From the NCBI RefSeq assembly GCF_009914755.1, contig NC_060937.1: 64,000 nucleotides of DNA; one strand, given 5' to 3'. The first letter of the stretch is position 1. Every line of letters starts with the position of its first letter. The notes beneath the pieces were generated by a model. It was not told the origin of the DNA. It did no database searches and saw nothing but the letters and a program-made list of their open reading frames with translations. Of the stretch, positions 1 through 14,524 are shown piece after piece. Made by a program: the position numbers and the translations under genes. This stretch comes from the human T2T-CHM13v2.0 reference genome, Homo sapiens.

Positions 1-50
1 CTATCTTGTAGACTCATAGCCTAAATTACAATTACCCATTTTCCATTACA

Positions 51-191
51 AGGTCTCACTCTGTTGCTCAGGCTGGAGTGCAGTGGCACAATCCTGGCTC
101 AGTGCAGCCTCAAACTCCTGGGTTCAAGTGATCCTCCTGTCTTGGCCTCCCAAAGTGCTGGAATTATAGGCATGAGCCACTGCACCCAGCC
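51..191 (-). mobile_element. Alu monomer (FLAM-C/AluJ-like)
   Basis: About 140 bp of antisense Alu monomer ending ...gagccactgcacccagcc. Confidence 0.85.
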
Positions 192-209
192 AGCCCTGAG
201 AGATATCTT

Positions 210-505
210 TTTTATTATTAGTTTTTGAGACAGTCTTGCTTTGTTGCCTAGGCTGGAGTGTAGTGGTGTGATCTTGGCTCACTGCAACCTCTGCCTCCAG
301 GGTTCAAGCTATTCTCCTGCCTCAGCCTCTTAAGCAGCTGGGATTACAGGTGCCCACCACCACACCCTGCTAATTTTTGTATTTTTGGTAGAGACTGGTT
401 TCACCATGTTGGCCAGGCTGGTCTCGAACTTCTGACCTCAAATGATCTGCCTGCCTAGGCCTCCCAAAGTGCTGGAATTACAGGCGTGAGCCACCGCACC
501 TGGCC
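210..505 (-). mobile_element. Full-length AluS
   Basis: Dimeric antisense Alu with a 15-bp TSD: cctgagagatatctt (195-209) and cctaagagatatctt (507-521). Confidence 0.93.
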
Positions 506-3103
506 TCCTAAGAGATATCTTAGTGGACATTTATACTTATCAATATGCACATGAGATGCAGGATATATAAAGTAAAATAAATTCTAACTACTGATGATGT
601 TTAAAATCTTCACATTGATTTATTTCCTCTTTTATTATAATTAATAAATTTTTATTAGGTATAGTTTAGAAAATACAAAATATGAAATAAAAGAGAAAAA
701 ACGCTTGTTGTTTAACCAACCAGAAATAATCACTTTTCTAATTTTAGTTTATCACGTTCCAGATACTGTTTAGATATAACCATTTTGAAATGATAGCCAT
801 CATGGATAAACTGGTTTGTGAGATGACTTTTTCACTTTCTATTATATCATTTTTTTAATGGCATAAATATCTTTCTACAAAAATGTAATGAATGCATAAT
901 GGGGTAGGCTTAAAACAATATTTTGAACGCCTTAGGGATGATATCTGCTTTGCTACTCTTATCAACACATGGTTGATAAAGTGGCTAATTTCATCACATC
1001 TGTGTCTGTGAAAACCTTGGGCTCATTTTTCTTGTACCCGGGTCGACAGGAATTTTGTGGTAGTTTCAGAAAAACTTGTACACACACACACACCACTTTA
1101 TATTAGAGAAAAAATAACCAAGATACAAAAATAAAATTTACCTAAGAATGAATAACTACTTGGATTTTCAAAACCAAATTTAATTTTATTAGAAAATTCT
1201 CATTTCCAGGTCAAGTTAAGGATGAGTCTTTATGATGTTGGCTGGCAGTAATAATTGATGAGAAAATATAGGGATCTTTTCTGTGACTTATGTTTGTTGA
1301 GCTCATAGAAGCCAAAATGCAGATTGGTTCCTGGAGGACTTATTATTCTCTGCTTTATGTGTGAAAGTCAAATGATCTAAATGTTTTGAATTCCAAGATT
1401 TAATTTATCTAGGATCTAGAAAATATTTCTCATATATTATTGTTGATGACAAAGCTCAAAATAAACTTTTAAAATGATTTTGGCTCTTTTGTCTAAATGT
1501 GAGCAAAAAAAGCACTTCTAGAAGTTTTTATGAATACAAGGTTGATGATATGTTCAACTTGGCACATAATGAATTTCACCTTATTTTTTAAATGACAAAT
1601 TACTATAAGCCATATGTTAATAGTCACTATATAAAACACATTTTATTTGTAAAACTGTAATTCTGTTTGTAAGGTAAATGTTCTACATAAGGACAGGTGA
1701 ATTCTAGGTTGTAATTACCATTAATATTCTGCTGGTACACCATGTATAGATAATACTGGAGATCTATATATAATTTTACACTTTAGGTTTTAATTGATAT
1801 TTTCTTGAACTTCTCTTTTGCAGTTAAGAACTGGAAATGAATCAGCTTGTATTTTTCCTCGTATTTGGACCCTGGTTAGTGGTCCTAAAAAAATTAAACC
1901 AAACTCATACAAACACCTATGATTTTGGCAGAATACACATTCTGAAAAATTTCTTTAGGTATAAAATTGAAATAAATCTGAGTCTCCTTTTTTTGTACAT
2001 TATTTCATAACATCTAGAATAACCTGGCTTATTCTCTGCAGGAATAGACAATAGGCAACATTCTAACCACATCACTTTATTGTTTCGATTTGGGAGTGAT
2101 TTGAAAAATCAAGTAATCCTACTAGGAAATTACTGAAAGAATGCATTTGGGATTATTATTCTCAAATAAAAATCATTTACATTTTTGGCAGATGTTCTCC
2201 AACAATTAACATTCTTACAGCTAACATTTTTCATAAGAAAATAACTCATCTATTTCTTTAGCTGTATATTCGCCAATTATTAAAAACTTAAAAAATCAAA
2301 TGTACTTCAAATGAATTTGTTATAAGAGCTTCAACGAGATTGGCTACTGCCATGGCAAACAATTTATAACATTTTCTTTGTAAATGTGAACACCTCTTTG
2401 ATATGCCGTGTTTATTGTTGTCTTGATTTATGGCATAGAACTTGAAGGACTCCATTCTTCAAGAATGTCTTAGCCCCATCCACAAATCTTTGTTTGGCCC
2501 ACCTTGTGCTCAGTTTATGCACTGATATTTTTATGCACACTGCTTCATTAATTGGGAAAGCATATGAACTTAACATCAGTCTGCATCACATTTGTAGTTC
2601 AGATTGTTATCAGATAACATAACCCTTAAGTCTGTGCTGCCTAATTCTTATCTAAAGTTTTACTCCAAGAAACAGTCATTTTGAAGGGATTTTTGAAGGG
2701 TATACAGTGTAAACCATTACTCTAGATTACTTACATAATGCCCTATGATGATCAGGCACTCTGACAGTAGTGTTAACAATGCTGTTTGGACTGTTTTAAG
2801 AATTGCTTTGACAAAATTGGTTATGCCATTGGCTTTCAATCAAAGACATTATGGGCAACAACCATACAAAAATTGTTACTATGGTTATATTAAATATGTT
2901 GGTAAAGACACATTTCCGTAAGATTTTATAGTGATTGATGGGTCAGATTTTTCTGATGTCTCTTTTTAGAGTGTCACATGAGGAACTGAATGTTTATTTA
3001 ATGGAAACTTTTGTTTCTGTTTCTCGTTTTGTGTCTTATTCTAGAGAGTGTACACTAAGCCATTTAAAATACTTTGTATAATTAAGGTCAAGATAGTTTT
3101 TAT

Positions 3104-3420
<317 letters not shown>

Positions 3421-5913
3421 TTACTCTAGATTGAATTTTCTTTAAATATAATAAAAATAAGACTTCAATTTTGTTCTTTAATCTCCGAAGAGATTACCTA
3501 AAAGCGAATCTACTTTTAATATTAAGTAAGGTAACAATGACAAATTGGAAAATGTCTGATGTCTATTCCATTTCATGCTCAATATAATCATTTTTACATT
3601 TATTTTTGTATTGTTGATTATCAATTTATCAAGTTGTAATAGAGTTTATTGGTTAAATTGTTGTGATTCAGTAGGTTGCCTCAACATATATCAGATATAA
3701 TTGATTAATAAAAAATGTAAGAGGTTTTTTATGTTGTATTATGATACATAGAATGCTTTGATGTTGCATTCTGAGAAATAAAGAAAATATAAATGGTATC
3801 TATAAAATGCCAGAGAGAAAATTACCCATTACTGATTGTAACAGCCCAATCTAATAGCATAAAGTTATCTTAGCTGTATACCATTAAATATCTAATATAC
3901 GTGTACACTATTCTTTACTCCACATCAAATGGACTGGTTAATTCAGAAAATGTGCAATCTTGGAAACATCAGAAAATGAGCATCTCTGTGCATAAAATTA
4001 TCTTATGCTATACATGTCAAATACTTGGCAGGCAATTCTAGAAAACTCCTGAAACTTGTGATTTTCTTCAAATGAATTTGAAATTAAAATGTCCATTCAA
4101 ATATTTTTAGGTGTAATGAGCTTCGTGTAGCCTGGAACTAGTAATGACTGCTTTGTTTGATATCGTTGGACAGTAGTGTATATCAAAATAGCAACTTTTC
4201 AGCAAATGAAAATTTAAGACTTTGAGCAAGGAAGATTTTAAAAACAATCCTTTTGATTATTTTTTCACAGCATATTTTTTAATGAATTGCCATCTTCAAA
4301 AGAGAACAAGGAACATAATTTAAGCTTTATATGATGACTCGAGGTTATTATTATGAACATTCATGCTACAGTGTAATCAAGTTATGCCTCTGAGGTTTTT
4401 ACTGATGCTTGATCTTCTGAAACTGGGTTCAGACTTCTATTCTTTCTGGATTTTTCTGGCGATTCTAACCTTAAGTTAACCTTGAGCTTTTGGAATATAG
4501 GTAACTTGAGTAAGAGTCACAGGTGGGGTTATAGATGAAATCATATTTTTGTTTTATACTTATTGGGCTAATTTATACTGCCAACTATCTCTGTAATAAT
4601 ATCTCTATATTTAGAGATACATCTATATCTATAATATCTCTATAATCATGTAAATTATGTCTGTTAAAAAATAAAAGGGATACACACACGTACACACATT
4701 CACATCACAAAAGCTTGCTTTAACCATTCAAAAAGTATGCTGTTTTCTTTGAATCATGTCAAGTAGTTTGCATGATTGTAGTTATAAGTTGTTGACTAAA
4801 GCATAGTTTCCAAAATTAAATTACTTAAAACACATATTTTATCATATCTTGTTGGTTCCTATGAAATTAAAATGAGTTCATTTGCACAACATTTATTAAA
4901 TGACAATGATCATGACTCTTCTATTTGTACCCTTGCAAAATTTTCAATTGCTTTCATTATGAGCCTAAAATCTTTACAGTTGCTTCTACCAATAATGTTC
5001 AAAAAATTTTAGTAACATGTTTCCTAATTTTTAAAATTAACAATACTTCCTTGTACATTTTTAAACTGCATTTCAATATTTTAAATATTTATGTTTACTT
5101 AATAGAAAATAAAATTACACAATTTTACCTACAAATGTACTACTAAATGTGTAAAACTAATCTATAATGTTATTTTTAAATTAGAATCCAAATGTTAAAT
5201 AACTTGGTACCTACACATGCTCTTACATTCCTTAAAAAGTATCTGAACAAACACATCTAAAATAGTAAAAATTTTACATAGTCACATTTTATATTTTAAA
5301 TTATATTTCCATTCCAATTTTCTTGCAGACTGTTATCCTAATGTAATCTTATTTGAATGTTTGCAAGTCTTATATTGATCACTGTACCATATACACCTGA
5401 AAATAGTATGTATAAGATAAAATTAAAGTTTATTAAATAGTTTTCTGGGATCAGTTCATTGGAAGTGTATCTAAAGCAGAGTGGATGCAGATTTTGATTT
5501 TCAGTCTGTCCATGTATCTGTGGGTTAATATTTCATTCTCTTAGCTCATCAAGTGCCGACTTATGTTAGCTACCATTAAACAAAATTGCAAAGGACTTAT
5601 TACCTATTCACTAGAATAGTTCACTTTCTTGATTTCTCAGCAGTATATCAAGAAGGATTTGCCAATAGTTACAAAATGACTTCTATAATGTATTTTAATT
5701 TATTTCTTAAATATATCTTATGTAAATCTGGGCTGAAAACAAAATCTGATAAAAATCGGACATTTTATATTTTAGGCTTTTAGCCATTGGCTGTGAATAA
5801 AGATTTATGTATATATTGGGTAATTTCAAGATATATCGTTATTTAATAGTTGAAAATATTTAATATTTTAATTATGCATTTTAGTGGACCAGTAAAAGAC
5901 AGCAACATCTGAG

Positions 5914-6715
5914 AGGACAGGGGGCTTTCTGTATCCTGGGGTTCTTGTGTTGGTGTACCGGAAAAATCAGATCACACGTGGGCTTGGAGAATGAATGCAA
6001 GGTTTCCTTGAATGATGGAAGTAGCCCTCAGCAGATAGATGGGGAGCCAGAAGGGGTATGGAGTGGGAAGGTGGTTTTTTACTGGAGTCCTACCCCTCAG
6101 TGGCCAGACTCTCCTGCAACCACTCCAGCCAAATTCCCCATGGCGTCCATGTTGTTCTGCTGGTTGATGGCCTGCTGGCTTCTGCCAGTGCCTGTGGGTC
6201 TCCTCTTCCGCTCCTCTGCGCCTCTGGACATCCAGCTGCCTGTGTGCTCTTCTGCCAGTGTGTTCCTCTCGACACCCGGCCACTTGTGTGTGTGCCATCT
6301 AGGGTCTTGGCTGATTAACACAAGCCGCCTACAGATGATACAACTAAAAGGGCACACTGTAACATGCCCACTGTGGCTAGGTGTAATATGCCTACACTGT
6401 TAACTACACCGTGGCTAGGTATAGTATGCCTACACCTTCAGGCCCTGAAATATGTGAAGTGTTGTAGAAAAAGGATATGATTTGCTTATGAGGGCTATAG
6501 GAGGGGGAAAAAGTGTCATTAAGTCTATCTGAAACGGGAAAAGTTCCCTTGTCTGCCTGGCAGGGCGTGAGATGGGGGTGCGGCTCGCTTATTCAGTGCC
6601 CCGCTGCTTAAAACCCCTAGGAGGGGCAGGTAGATGAACAGGTCTTTGGGAGCATGGGCTCCGACCCTACAGAAGCACCTAGGGGTGAATGTTTCCAGCT
6701 CCTGAAGCCACAGTG
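5914..6715 (-). mobile_element. ERV1 LTR (LTR1/LTR27/LTR28, HUERS-P2-related), fragmented and rearranged
   Basis: GC-rich LTR body at 5914-6310, an inverted piece at 6310-6378, and the LTR terminus TGAAACGGGAAAAGTTCCC at 6530-6715. Family assigned from recalled consensus. Confidence 0.7.
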
Positions 6716-6840
6716 TGGCAGGAGGATTGCTTGAGCCCAGGATTGCTTGAGGCTGCAGTGAGGCGAGATTACACGATTGCACTCCAGCCTGGGCGACAGA
6801 GTGAGACTCTATCTCAAAAAATAAATAAATGAAATAAAAA
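6716..6840 (+). mobile_element. Alu 3' fragment (AluJ/FLAM type)
   Basis: ggaggattgcttgagcccagg...gagactctatctc followed by an A-rich tail. Confidence 0.85.
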
Positions 6841-6844
6841 GCAA

Positions 6845-7782
6845 AACATCTCCTAAGTTTAACTCATATAAATAAGATCATGCTGATCTTTCTCTGCAAA
6901 ACAGCCCTCCATGCTTGATTTTTCTTTTTTTCAGTTCCCACTTTCTTTTTTAATAAACAATGTCATGTAGCTGTATCCAAAAATACATTCCAAACCAACC
7001 ATTTCTTCTATCACCATTCCTACCTCCATAATATAATCCAATATGTTTTCTTGCCAAGGGTGCCACAAAAACTTTCCAAGTGGTTTTTTTAAACTATTAT
7101 CAGAAAACTCTCTAATGAAGTATCAAAGTATTGGTAAGATACAAGGCTGCAAAAGTGATTGTGTCTGAGCAGTTTCCATTTGTTTGTTTATTTAGCAAAT
7201 GGTAATTAAGCATCATTTAATACAATCATCCAGTGACTCTTCTTTGAACTTTTTCAAACTCTTTCCCGTATATAATTATCATGTGGCTCTTACTTGCTCT
7301 GTCTCTTACCTAACTCTTCAGGGTTCACAACAACTCAGACACATTTGACTTTTCTCTCTTCTTTTAGATATGCCAGTGTTACTACAGAAAAGGGAATTGT
7401 TGTTACTGCTCTTCTGAAATGTTTTTATTAGCCACATCATTTTTATCATCACTTAAATTATAAGTGATATCGTCACAGAGAAGCCTTCACGCACCTTATC
7501 AGTTAACAGCTATTTCCTGTTCCACACCCTAATTTGGTCGCTTGCTAACACATTTTCCGTTTTTTTTCCGTTAGCGATTATAGCACTAGGAAAATATCTT
7601 CATGCATTTTATTTCATTTTTAAGAAGTTTATTCATTTACTTTCTTACTCTGCAAGTAAAATTTAAGACCCATGTCAGCAGGAATCTCTCCCATCTTTCT
7701 CATCATTATGTCCCCAGCATCAGAACAGTGCATGGTCTATTGTAGATGATCAGTAAATATGTGTTGAATAATAAATGAGTGA
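6845..7782 (+). mobile_element. L2 remnant including 3' end
   Basis: L2-type 3' end (cagaacagtgcatgg...cagtaaatatgtgttgaatataaatgagtg). Confidence 0.55.
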
Positions 7783-8692
7783 AAACCCCTGCAAAATCTG
7801 CCCCTGGCCCCTGGCTGCAAGGTCTTCCATCACACACCAGTCACCCTTTGCTCTACGCACTCTAGTCTTAGAGCCTTCTCAGACCCTTGAAAGCATCAAG
7901 CTCCTTCCAGCCTCAAAGGCTTTACACATCTTTGAGACTTCTCGGTGAAATAAACATGTAGGTCATTCATCAAGTGTAAGCTTGTAAGTTGTTGGAGGGA
8001 TGAAAAGAAAGGAAGATATACAATGAGCATCTTAAGGAGTGGGGAAGAAAGTAAACTAGGACAAGATAGTCATTGTGCCATAAGGTTAGAGATTCCCTGT
8101 TAGGTCATCACATAACACCCTGTATCTTGTAGTCCAATCACAGTGGCAATGAATTAATTTTCTTATAATTTATTTAATATTTGTTTTGCAACAGTGACAG
8201 TTTGTTTTGTTCATGACTGTGCATTTAGCTTAGCCTATGATTGTATTAAAGGATGTTCAATTACTATTTGCTAAATAAATGAACAAATGGAAACAGTTCA
8301 GACACAATTATTTTTGCAGCCTTGTATCTTACCAATACTTTAACTCTTCATTGGGACAATTCCATTTCTCCTTCTTAAGCCTGCTTACTTTGTTTATGCT
8401 GCTCTATTTTTCTTATTCAGAATGCTCTTTCACAAAATTTCCACAGTTGATGTTCTGCTACACTTCACTTTTCACCAACTGCATTAATTATTCTTGAAGT
8501 CTATCTAGTTTCCATTAGTTATAACGAATTTATCTGTATTCTGTACTTAAAGCAGTTTGCCTTCCAGCTACTTCCACCATAGTTGTACCCTAATTAGTTT
8601 GTGCATGGCTTATTATTTTCCTAGGCAACAAACTTTATGAGCTCTTACATCTACATAGTTGTTTGATCAATTACAGAGTTAATACATGATCT

Positions 8693-8982
8693 GGCTGGCA
8701 CAGTGGTTCGTGCCTGTAATCTCAGCACTTTGGGAAGCTGTGACAAGAGGATTGCTTGAGGCCAGGAGTTCCAGATCAGCCTGGGCAACAAGCAAGACCC
8801 TATCTCTACAAAAAATTTAAAAGATTAACCAGGTGTGGTGGCACATGTGCCTGTAATCATTGCTACTCAGGAGGCTGAAGTGGGAGGATCACTTGAGCCC
8901 AGGAGTTAGAGGCTGCAGTGAGCTATGATATGTACTCCAGCCCTATTAACAGAGTGAGATCTCTAAAAAAACAAACAAAAAA
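8693..8982 (+). mobile_element. AluJ
   Basis: Diverged dimeric Alu with J diagnostics (gaggattgcttgaggccaggagtt, gaggctgcagtgagctatgat). Confidence 0.9.
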
Positions 8983-11675
8983 CCTCCATGATTTGTTAAT
9001 AGCCACAAATTCATATTGAAAATAAATTACTTCATTTTTTATTATATATGCTATATTTAACAATTATATATATTTTCCAAATATATTGTTTACTCATAAA
9101 TATGTGTTAGTCATCATTTATATTTTTAAGGTCTCCATATTTTAGACGATTTTTGTTTGTGCAAAAATCACAGGTATTGTCATCAAAATATTGCAATAAT
9201 ATTAAAAACACTGTCCTTTCTCAATCAGTGACAGAAAAATCCTGACGTTGTTGCTGAGATACCTACAATCTAACATAATGAATATTTTTTCTTCACATAG
9301 AAGCAGATGGGTGTAATAGTTGATAATCATGTTTCCTAAACTATTACCTCAATACCCATGATTTTTTTTCTGAAAGATATCACTACATCAGAGAGAAGGA
9401 AAAATGTCTACAGCTTTCAACTTAAAAGATACCTTCTTTAAGAATCTTATATGCTTATTCTGTTTATATATATGCATGTCTTATAAGTTTATATGTAAAT
9501 TTATAAATTATTACAAATATACACATTTATATAAGTGCAATTTATACATTTAATATATATATTTGCATAGATATATCACTGAGGTCTCTATTTACTTATT
9601 TGACTGGTGAGACAAAAAGCAATAGTACATAGGTGCAGCAACAGTCCAAAAATGACACTTCTCTTCTTGCTGAAATAGTTGCTCAATACTTTTCACTGAG
9701 TTGTGGTATACATGGCAGGGAGTTATTTTTGCCCTCTGTTTCCCATTGATTTAGTTAGCAATACCAGCTTGAGTGCTTGGAGTCTTTTACATGATCAGTG
9801 GATAGTACCTTCTTGCAAAGGCCTGGAGGTCATACATTCAGTATCTAATATTGTTTAGGTCATTACATTTGAGAGGCATTAAAGCCATTTCTCTGTTCCC
9901 TGTTTCTTAGAGGTTTATAATTTTTCACCCGGAGTGGTTAAAAATTCGACACACATTGGTCTGTAAATCAAATGTCTATTCCAATACTATTTTACAGAAT
10001 GCACTTATATTAAATATATCTGGAAGAATTATTCTCACATGGCATGGAAGTCACAAGAGTGAAGAAGTTGACCATTATTAAGTAGTTTGAACTTTAGAAA
10101 AAATTAAAAGTTGAAATTTATTTGACAGATTGAATAACTCAAAGTTATAGAAGTTAAATTGAGTTGGAATTTATATGGCAGATTGACTTTGTGTAAGTGA
10201 AGATCCAATCTCCATCATTAATGTGATATCAATTTTCAGGATCATGATGAGTCAAACTGAGTTTCTAGAATTTTATCTTCAGTTAATGGAATAATTTTGT
10301 GTTATTTTCTTGTTAGACATTAGTATGATCTTACCACACACTTCATTTTTTAATGCTGTTAAGAATTATGCACATGATATCTTTTGGAAAAATTAATATC
10401 TCTATACAGTGGCATGAAATGTTTTCATAATGACAGACTATCTTTTTCAGTTTCTTAACCATTTTCTTGAAAACTTTAGTGGTAACACAATCACCACTAT
10501 TTTGGAATTCTCCATCACATCCATTTTTGTAATTATTAAAATTAGAGAGTAAATGTATGTTTTTTTAATTTCTGAACTTTATTAATAGATATTAATCAGA
10601 ATAAATTTCTATGGCTTGATTATATATCCTGCTACTGCAAAAGAAATGCTGTTACTTCAATGATTCATTATTGTAAGAAACTTGATTTTATTCACTTCGC
10701 AGTTTACTGTGAACTTTATTAGCGTGGCTTGTATTTAGTCTTTTTGACAATTGGCACAATTTGGTGATTATTTTATGAAAGCAATTTGGCTGTACATTTA
10801 TAGGATAATTTACCATTTTAGCATTTAGATATTTGCTGATGTGAGTGTAGCCTGAGAAATACATTAAATTTTATTTTGTGCTATAATGTACTTATTTTCC
10901 TTCTAAGAAAATAGCTATTATAGACCTTTAAAATACTCATTTGTAAAGGCTTTTATTTCAGAACCTAAAAGAGAAAACAGAGTTACAGATTAATAAACAT
11001 TTTGAGTACCCTTCACTAATAAAACCAACAATAAAACAGGTGAGGCTTGTTTGACTTTATTTTGTCGATGGTTTATCCTTCTCTTATTATGCCTGTGCTT
11101 GTTTGGTATTCTGTAGCCTATAAATCACCTCCATCCATCTCACAATCAGAACTCATAATAATGGAACTTTACAAAAAGGAAAAGTACACTAGGTAAATCT
11201 CTAGTAATTTGAGATGCCATACAGATTTTGTCCAACCTTCTCTGCTGCTAAAGAGAAATTGCTACTTTAACGTGAAAAAGGCCCAGTCTTCATTCTACAG
11301 GTATGACTTCGCAGTAAAAGGAAAACATATGAAAAAGAAAAATTTGATTCAGTGCCTTAAACACTTCATTTTACCAATTAGATTTGTAGAATGAAGTAGT
11401 TGAGGAAATTTTCTATCATTATAAACTTAAAAGCAAAAGAGAAATGAGAGTTAAGGTGCTCTAACCTAATACCAAGCCTTTAAAAGGCACATACTGTATA
11501 AGATGGTAATAAGATTTCTGGGATATGTATAAGTTTGGGATTGGAATGAGGATTTAACAATTTGGTACAGGCATATCCTTGAAATAAGCAGGAAGAAGCC
11601 TGGCTAGTAATCCTAAACCTTGGTTCAGTGAATTCAATAAATAATAACTAACGACCTAGCTGTGTATCAAGAAGC

Positions 11676-12348
11676 TTTTTTTTTTTTTTTTAATTTTTTT
11701 TATTATACTCTAAGTTTTAGGGTACATGTGCACATTGTGCAGGTTAGTTACATATGTATACATGTGCCATGCTGGTGCGCTGCACCCACTAATGTGTCAT
11801 CTAGCATTAGGTATATCTCCCAATGCTATCCCTCCCCCCTCCCCCGACTCCACCACAGTCCCCAGAGTGTGATATTCCCCTTCCTGTGTCCATGTGATCT
11901 CATTGTTCAATTCCCACCTATGAGTGAGAATATGCGGTGTTTGGTTTTTTGTTCTTGCGATAGTTTACTGAGAATGATGGTTTCCAATTTCATCCATGTC
12001 CCTACAAAGGATATGAACTCATCATTTTTTATGGCTGCATAGTATTCCATGGTGTATATGTGCCACATTTTCTTAATCCAGTCTATCATTGTTGGACATT
12101 TGGGTTGGTTCCAAGTCTTTGCTATTGTGAATAGTGCCGCAATAAACATACGTGTGCATGTGTCTTTATAGCAGCATGATTTATAGTCCTTTGGGTATAT
12201 ACCCAGTAATGGGATGGCTGGGTCAAATGGTATTTCTAGTTCTAGATCCCTGAGGAATCGCCACACTGACTTCGACAATGGTTGAACTAGTTTACAGTCC
12301 CACCAACAGTGTAAAAGTGTTCCTATTTCTCCACATCCTCTCCAGCAC
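11676..12348 (-). mobile_element. L1HS Ta (Ta-0), 5'-truncated, 673 bp
   Basis: ORF2p C-terminus (...KHRIFSLIGGN), 3' UTR and poly(A). Ta diagnostics: ACA at 11793-11795 and G at 11710. Ta-0 alleles G/C at 12189/12186 (YPKDYK rather than YPNEYK). Confidence 0.93.
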
Positions 12349-12804
12349 ACATTCGTGTCAAGGATTACAGGAGGCTCAAGTTTGGGGCCCACTCAATATA
12401 TGCCATATTTTTATTTTCTCTCAATTTAGAATAATAATAGCCCTGGGGCTTTCAAGATTATTCTATACCAAAAGTTACCAAGAGTTTCCTTAGCATATAC
12501 AGGGAAGTTCCCAGCAAGGAGCTTAGCTTCTTTGATCTCGTGATTGTAAGGAAACAAAATATTGAATCTTACCACATTCAAAATAGTATATGCCTTTTTG
12601 TTTTTAGTTTATTCACAATAACCTTCTTTCTTTAAATATTACTTTTAATTCACATTCTTTTCATATAAAGGGATAGTATGCACTATAAATTAATATTATA
12701 TAGGAATCAGTCCTTTTATATTTTTATCAGGGCTAGAGAAGAAAGTAACATTGAAGGACGCATGGACAGGTTGAGAGAGGAACAAGAGATTATTTAGAGG
12801 GATG

Positions 12805-12960
12805 GTGAGGAGTGTGAACTTCGGGCCCAGGCTGACATGGATTTGAACACCTGTCCTTTTGTTTCTGGCTTAAGTTGACCAAAATTAAGTTTCTTGAGTA
12901 TTCTTAGTTTCAATTTCATCATTTTAAAATGTAATTAATGCTTGCTTGTGCCTAATTTTA
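12805..12960 (+). mobile_element. MIR remnant
   Basis: Degenerate MIR core (ggatttgaacacctg...agttttcaatttcatcattttaaaatg). Confidence 0.4.
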
Positions 12961-14524
12961 ACATATTGACACTGAAAAGATTCAACAATTGAGTGTTTTT
13001 AAAAATTTGAATACTATAGTAATACCATGAATGGAAAGAATGAAGACAATTTTGGAGCATTAGAAAAATGAAACTGAATATCTGAGTTTGGGTAGGGAGG
13101 GAGGTTGAAACTACTAACAAACTTCATTTATTTTGAAAATTATTCTATTCATGAAACAAAAACAATAACAAACCAAAATTGCATTCATGCTCCAAACAAT
13201 GCAACAGTCTTCTCTTTTAATGTCTGTGATTAATACTATGCTGTGTGCTTTATTCCTCAGTACCTCTCAATGGACTCTTATTAAGCTGTTTTATTGCTCA
13301 AATGTCAGATCATACCACCTGTATTCTCTTAACATTTCATTTATTCAAGTGATAAAAACCCTAAAAGGGAAATGGAGTAAGACGGATTTCCATTATATTT
13401 GTTAATATTTACCTTGCTCATCTGAAGGCTTTATGATTTGTGTCTTTCTCTGAATCTGTCCAGACAGCTGTAACTGCTTAACCTGAACCTCTGCAGAAAA
13501 TAACGTATTTTCTGCTTATGCTAAATGCATAATTTGGTTTCTGGGGAATGGGGAAGGGACGGCTTTTTGGGTTAGGTAGATACAAATTTTTAACTTAAGT
13601 AGTTATTCTTTCTGACATGTAGTCAAATAGATCAGTTAATAAACAACACAGCCCTTTCATAATTTAATTGTTCTTGATTTCTATTTTATATTGTCAAACA
13701 GTCATTCATCTTTTTGATGTGGTATTTATAACTTTTGATCCTGTAAAGATAAAACAAACTTTTCATGTCTCCTTATTTTGCTTTTAATAGTATTTATCTT
13801 CTCTCATTGTGTCTACATCTTTGTCATTTCCCAGGTGATGGTCTAAAGATTGAATTGTGTTTATTACTTTAAAGCTTGTATGCTTTATCATCTAAATTTA
13901 TATGACTTTTTTGGAAGTTTTGATGACTCCTTTTCCAAATATTCTTTTATCTTTCTATAGCACTGCACAGGTGCAAACTTATTTTCCTCTTAAGGATTAC
14001 TAGAATTTAAATACATGAATTTGATGACTTCCCTAAATTCAAGTTAGAGCAAATAAATAGCTGTCTCTCTATCAACATATCCTTCCAATACTGTTATTAA
14101 CCCGAAGTTGGGTGATATTATGTTTTTTATTCAGCTTATTTTTAATGTTCTATGAATACTATGGATTCCCAAAATAAAATCTAGAGTTTTCATACAGCAT
14201 TAAAAACATTTTAATCCAGTACAACAATGTTTTACCTTTAATTAACATGAGTAAAGTCTGACATTAGCAAATTTTGAGAAATAAACCTATCTGCACTCCA
14301 TAAAACTGGCCATATTCTTAAAATGAGAGTATTAAAAACATACCAAGGTTATCTAGAAAGTGTTAAAGAACTTTAATATTGTTATGGCTATATAGAAGCC
14401 ATAACACTTTTCTTCTTATTGAAGGAATTTTGTTGATGACAAAATATGAGGATAAATTACAGAGTCAAGTGTCCTTTGCAATGATTCAGGACCTCAATTT
14501 GTTAGGAATATCAGAGAGGAATAA

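Noticed and set aside
959-979. 8-bp inverted repeat ttatcaac...gttgataa
   Set aside because: Short and AT-rich; expected by chance in 64 kb.
1200-3100. Unique-looking sequence considered as a pseudogene or transposase remnant
   Set aside because: Spot translations showed frequent stops and no recognisable protein; TBLASTX or Dfam would be needed.
5945-6403. Cluster of overlapping ORFs up to 152 aa
   Set aside because: They lie in a GC-rich LTR where stop codons are scarce, and show no gag/pol/env motifs.
11907-12392. 161-aa ORF with L1 ORF2p similarity
   Set aside because: Only the C-terminal fragment of a 5'-truncated L1 with a non-ATG start in the flank; it has no promoter, endonuclease or RT.
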